Shown here one piece after another: positions 61,966 to 64,000 of a stretch of 64,000 nt of DNA (within the stretch, counting starts at the first letter, position 1; every line of letters starts with the position of its first letter). The notes beneath the pieces were generated by a model. It worked only from the letters and a program-made list of their open reading frames with translations, did not search any database and was not told the DNA's origin. The stretch spans positions 28,718,602-28,782,601 of the forward strand of contig NC_090375.1 of the NCBI RefSeq assembly GCF_036365525.1, in the 5' to 3' direction. Origin of the DNA: Heterodontus francisci (taxonomy: Eukaryota). The position numbers and the translations under genes are program-made.

Positions 61966-64000
61966 GAGGGTTGGCCCACTCAAGGACAGAGAAGGGAATC
62001 TATGTGTGGAGCCAGAGGAAATGGGCAAGGTGCTAAATGAGTACTTTGCATCAGTATTCACCAAAGAGAAGGACTTGGTGGATGATGAGCCTAGGGAAGG
62101 GAGTGCAGATAGTCTCAGTCATCTCATTATCAAAAAGGAGGAGGTGTTGGGTGTCTTGCAAAGCATTAAGGTAGATAGGTCCCCAGGGCCTGATGGGATC
62201 TACCCTAGAATACTGAGGGAGGCAAGGGAAGAAATTGCTGGGGCCTTGACAGAAATCTTTGCATCCTCATTGGCTACAGGTGAGGTCCCAAAGGACTGGA
62301 GAATAGCCAATGTTGTTCCTTTGTTTAAGAAGGGTGGCAAGGATAATCCAGGAAATTATAGGCCGGAGAGCCTTACGTCAGTGGTAGGGAAACTATTAGA
62401 GAGGATTCTTCGGGACAGGATTTACTCCCATTTGGAATCAAACGAACTTATTAGCGAGAGAGAGCATGGTTTTGTGAAGGGGAGGTCGTGTCTTACTAAT
62501 TTGATTGAGTTTTTTGAGGAAGTGACGAAGATGATTGATGAAGGAAGGGCAGTGGATGTTATCTATATGGACTTTAGTAAAGCCTTTAACAAGGTCCCGC
62601 ATGGCAGACTGGTACAAAAGGTGAAGTCACACGGGATCAGAGGTGAGCTGGCAAGATGGATACAGAACTGGCTCGGTCATAGAAGACAGAGGGTAGCAGT
62701 GGATGGGTGTTATACTGAATGGAGGGATGTGACTAGTGATGTTCTGCAGGGATCAGTGCTGGGACCTTTGCTGTTTAGTTTAGAGATACGGCACTGAAAC
62801 AGGCCCTTCGGCCCACCGAGTCTATGCCGACCATCAACCACCCATTTATACTAATCCTACCCTAATTCCATATTCCTACCACATCCCCACCTGTCCCTAT
62901 ATTTCCCTACCACCTACCTATACTAGGGGCAATTTATAATGGCCAATTAACCTATCACCCTGCAAGTCTTTGGCATGTGGGAGGAAACCGGAGCACCCGG
63001 AGGAAACCCACGCAGACACAGGTAGAACTTACAAACTCCACACAGGCAGTACCCAGATTTGAACCCGGGTCGCTGGAGCTGTGAGGCTACGGTGCTAACC
63101 ACTGCACCACTGTATATATTGTAGTATATATAAATGATTTAGAGGAAAATGTAGCTGGTCTGATTAGTAAGTTTGCGGAAGACACAAAGGTTGGTGGAGT
63201 TGCAGATAATGATGAGGATTGTCAGAGGATACAGCAGGATACAGATCGGTTGGAGACTTGGGCGGAGAAATGGCAGATGGAATTTAATCCGGACAAATGT
63301 GAGGTAATGCATTTTGGACGGTCTAATGCAGGTGGGAAGTATACAGTAAATGGCAGAACCCTTAGGAGTATTGACAGGCAGAGAGATCTGGGCGTACAGG
63401 TCCACAGGTCACTGAAAGTGGCAACGCAGGTGGATAAGGTAGTCAAGAAGGCATACGGCATGCTTGCCTTCATCGGTCGGGGCATAGAGTATAAAAATTG
63501 GCAAGTCATGTTGCAACTGTACAGAACCTTAGTTAGGCCACACTTAGAATATTGCGTGCAATTCTGGTCGCCACACTACCATGTGGAGGCTTTGGAGAGG
63601 GTACAGAGGAGGTTTACCAGGATGTTGCCTGGTCTGGAGGGCATTAGCTATGAGGAGAGGTTGGAAAAACTCGGATTGTTTTCACTGGAATGACGGAGGT
63701 GGAGGGGCGACATGATAGAGGTTTACAAAGTTATGAGCGGCATGGACAGAGTGGATAGTCAGAAGCTTTTTCCCAGGGTGGAAGAGTCAGTTACTAGGGG
63801 ACATAGGTTTAAGGTGCGAGGGGCAAAGTTTAGAGGGGATGTGCGAGACAAGTTTTTTACACAGAGGGTGGTGAGTACCTGGAACTTGCTGCCGGGGGAG
63901 GTGGTGGAAGCTGGTACGATAGCGACGTTTAAGAGACATCTTGACAAATACATGAATAGGAAGGGAATAGAGGGATATGGTCCCCGGAAGTGCAGAAGGT
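61966..64000 (+). mobile_element. CR1 family A ORF2 (RT and C-terminus), running off the window
   Basis: ORF 61964..62797 (HGFVKGRSCLTNL, YMDFSKAF, QGSVLGPLLF) and ORF 63250..63693; the catalytic motif reads FAED in this copy. Confidence 0.93.
62775..63113 (-). mobile_element. HE1-type V-SINE inserted in the CR1 RT
   Basis: Reverse-complement HE1 sits between the GPLLF and VVYINDL codons. Confidence 0.9.

Overview
This is eukaryotic, vertebrate-type genomic DNA, most likely from a shark or ray given the HE1-type V-SINEs, Deu-domain SINEs and abundant CR1/L2/Penelope elements. The only host gene recognised is APCDD1 on the + strand. Coding exons 2-5 lie at 5391-5571, 10631-11162, 22589-22910 and 25446-25903; exon 1 was not found and is presumably upstream of the window. 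The rest is intron or intergenic DNA filled with nested transposable elements: several CR1 LINE families, a second CR1/L2-group LINE (here called family B), L2, RTE, Penelope-like elements, three SINE families, a decayed hAT transposase and MITEs. There is also a ~2.7-kb C/T-rich 24-bp minisatellite. Most interesting observations: (1) a perfect 27-nt intronic reverse complement of the 3' end and splice donor of APCDD1 exon 2, covering two Ser codons where human APCDD1 has Gly (possible ADAR editing or splicing duplex); (2) an in-phase U UUA AAC -1 slippery site at the ORF1/ORF2 junction of four CR1 copies from two families; (3) minimal hammerhead ribozyme motifs in Penelope termini; (4) an antisense TRIM-type B30.2 domain fragment in intron 2; (5) a fold-back, CpG-rich MITE family; (6) a rearranged, inverted-duplicated CR1/HE1 block. 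TE boundaries were read by eye and are approximate; family names rely on recalled motifs, not database searches.
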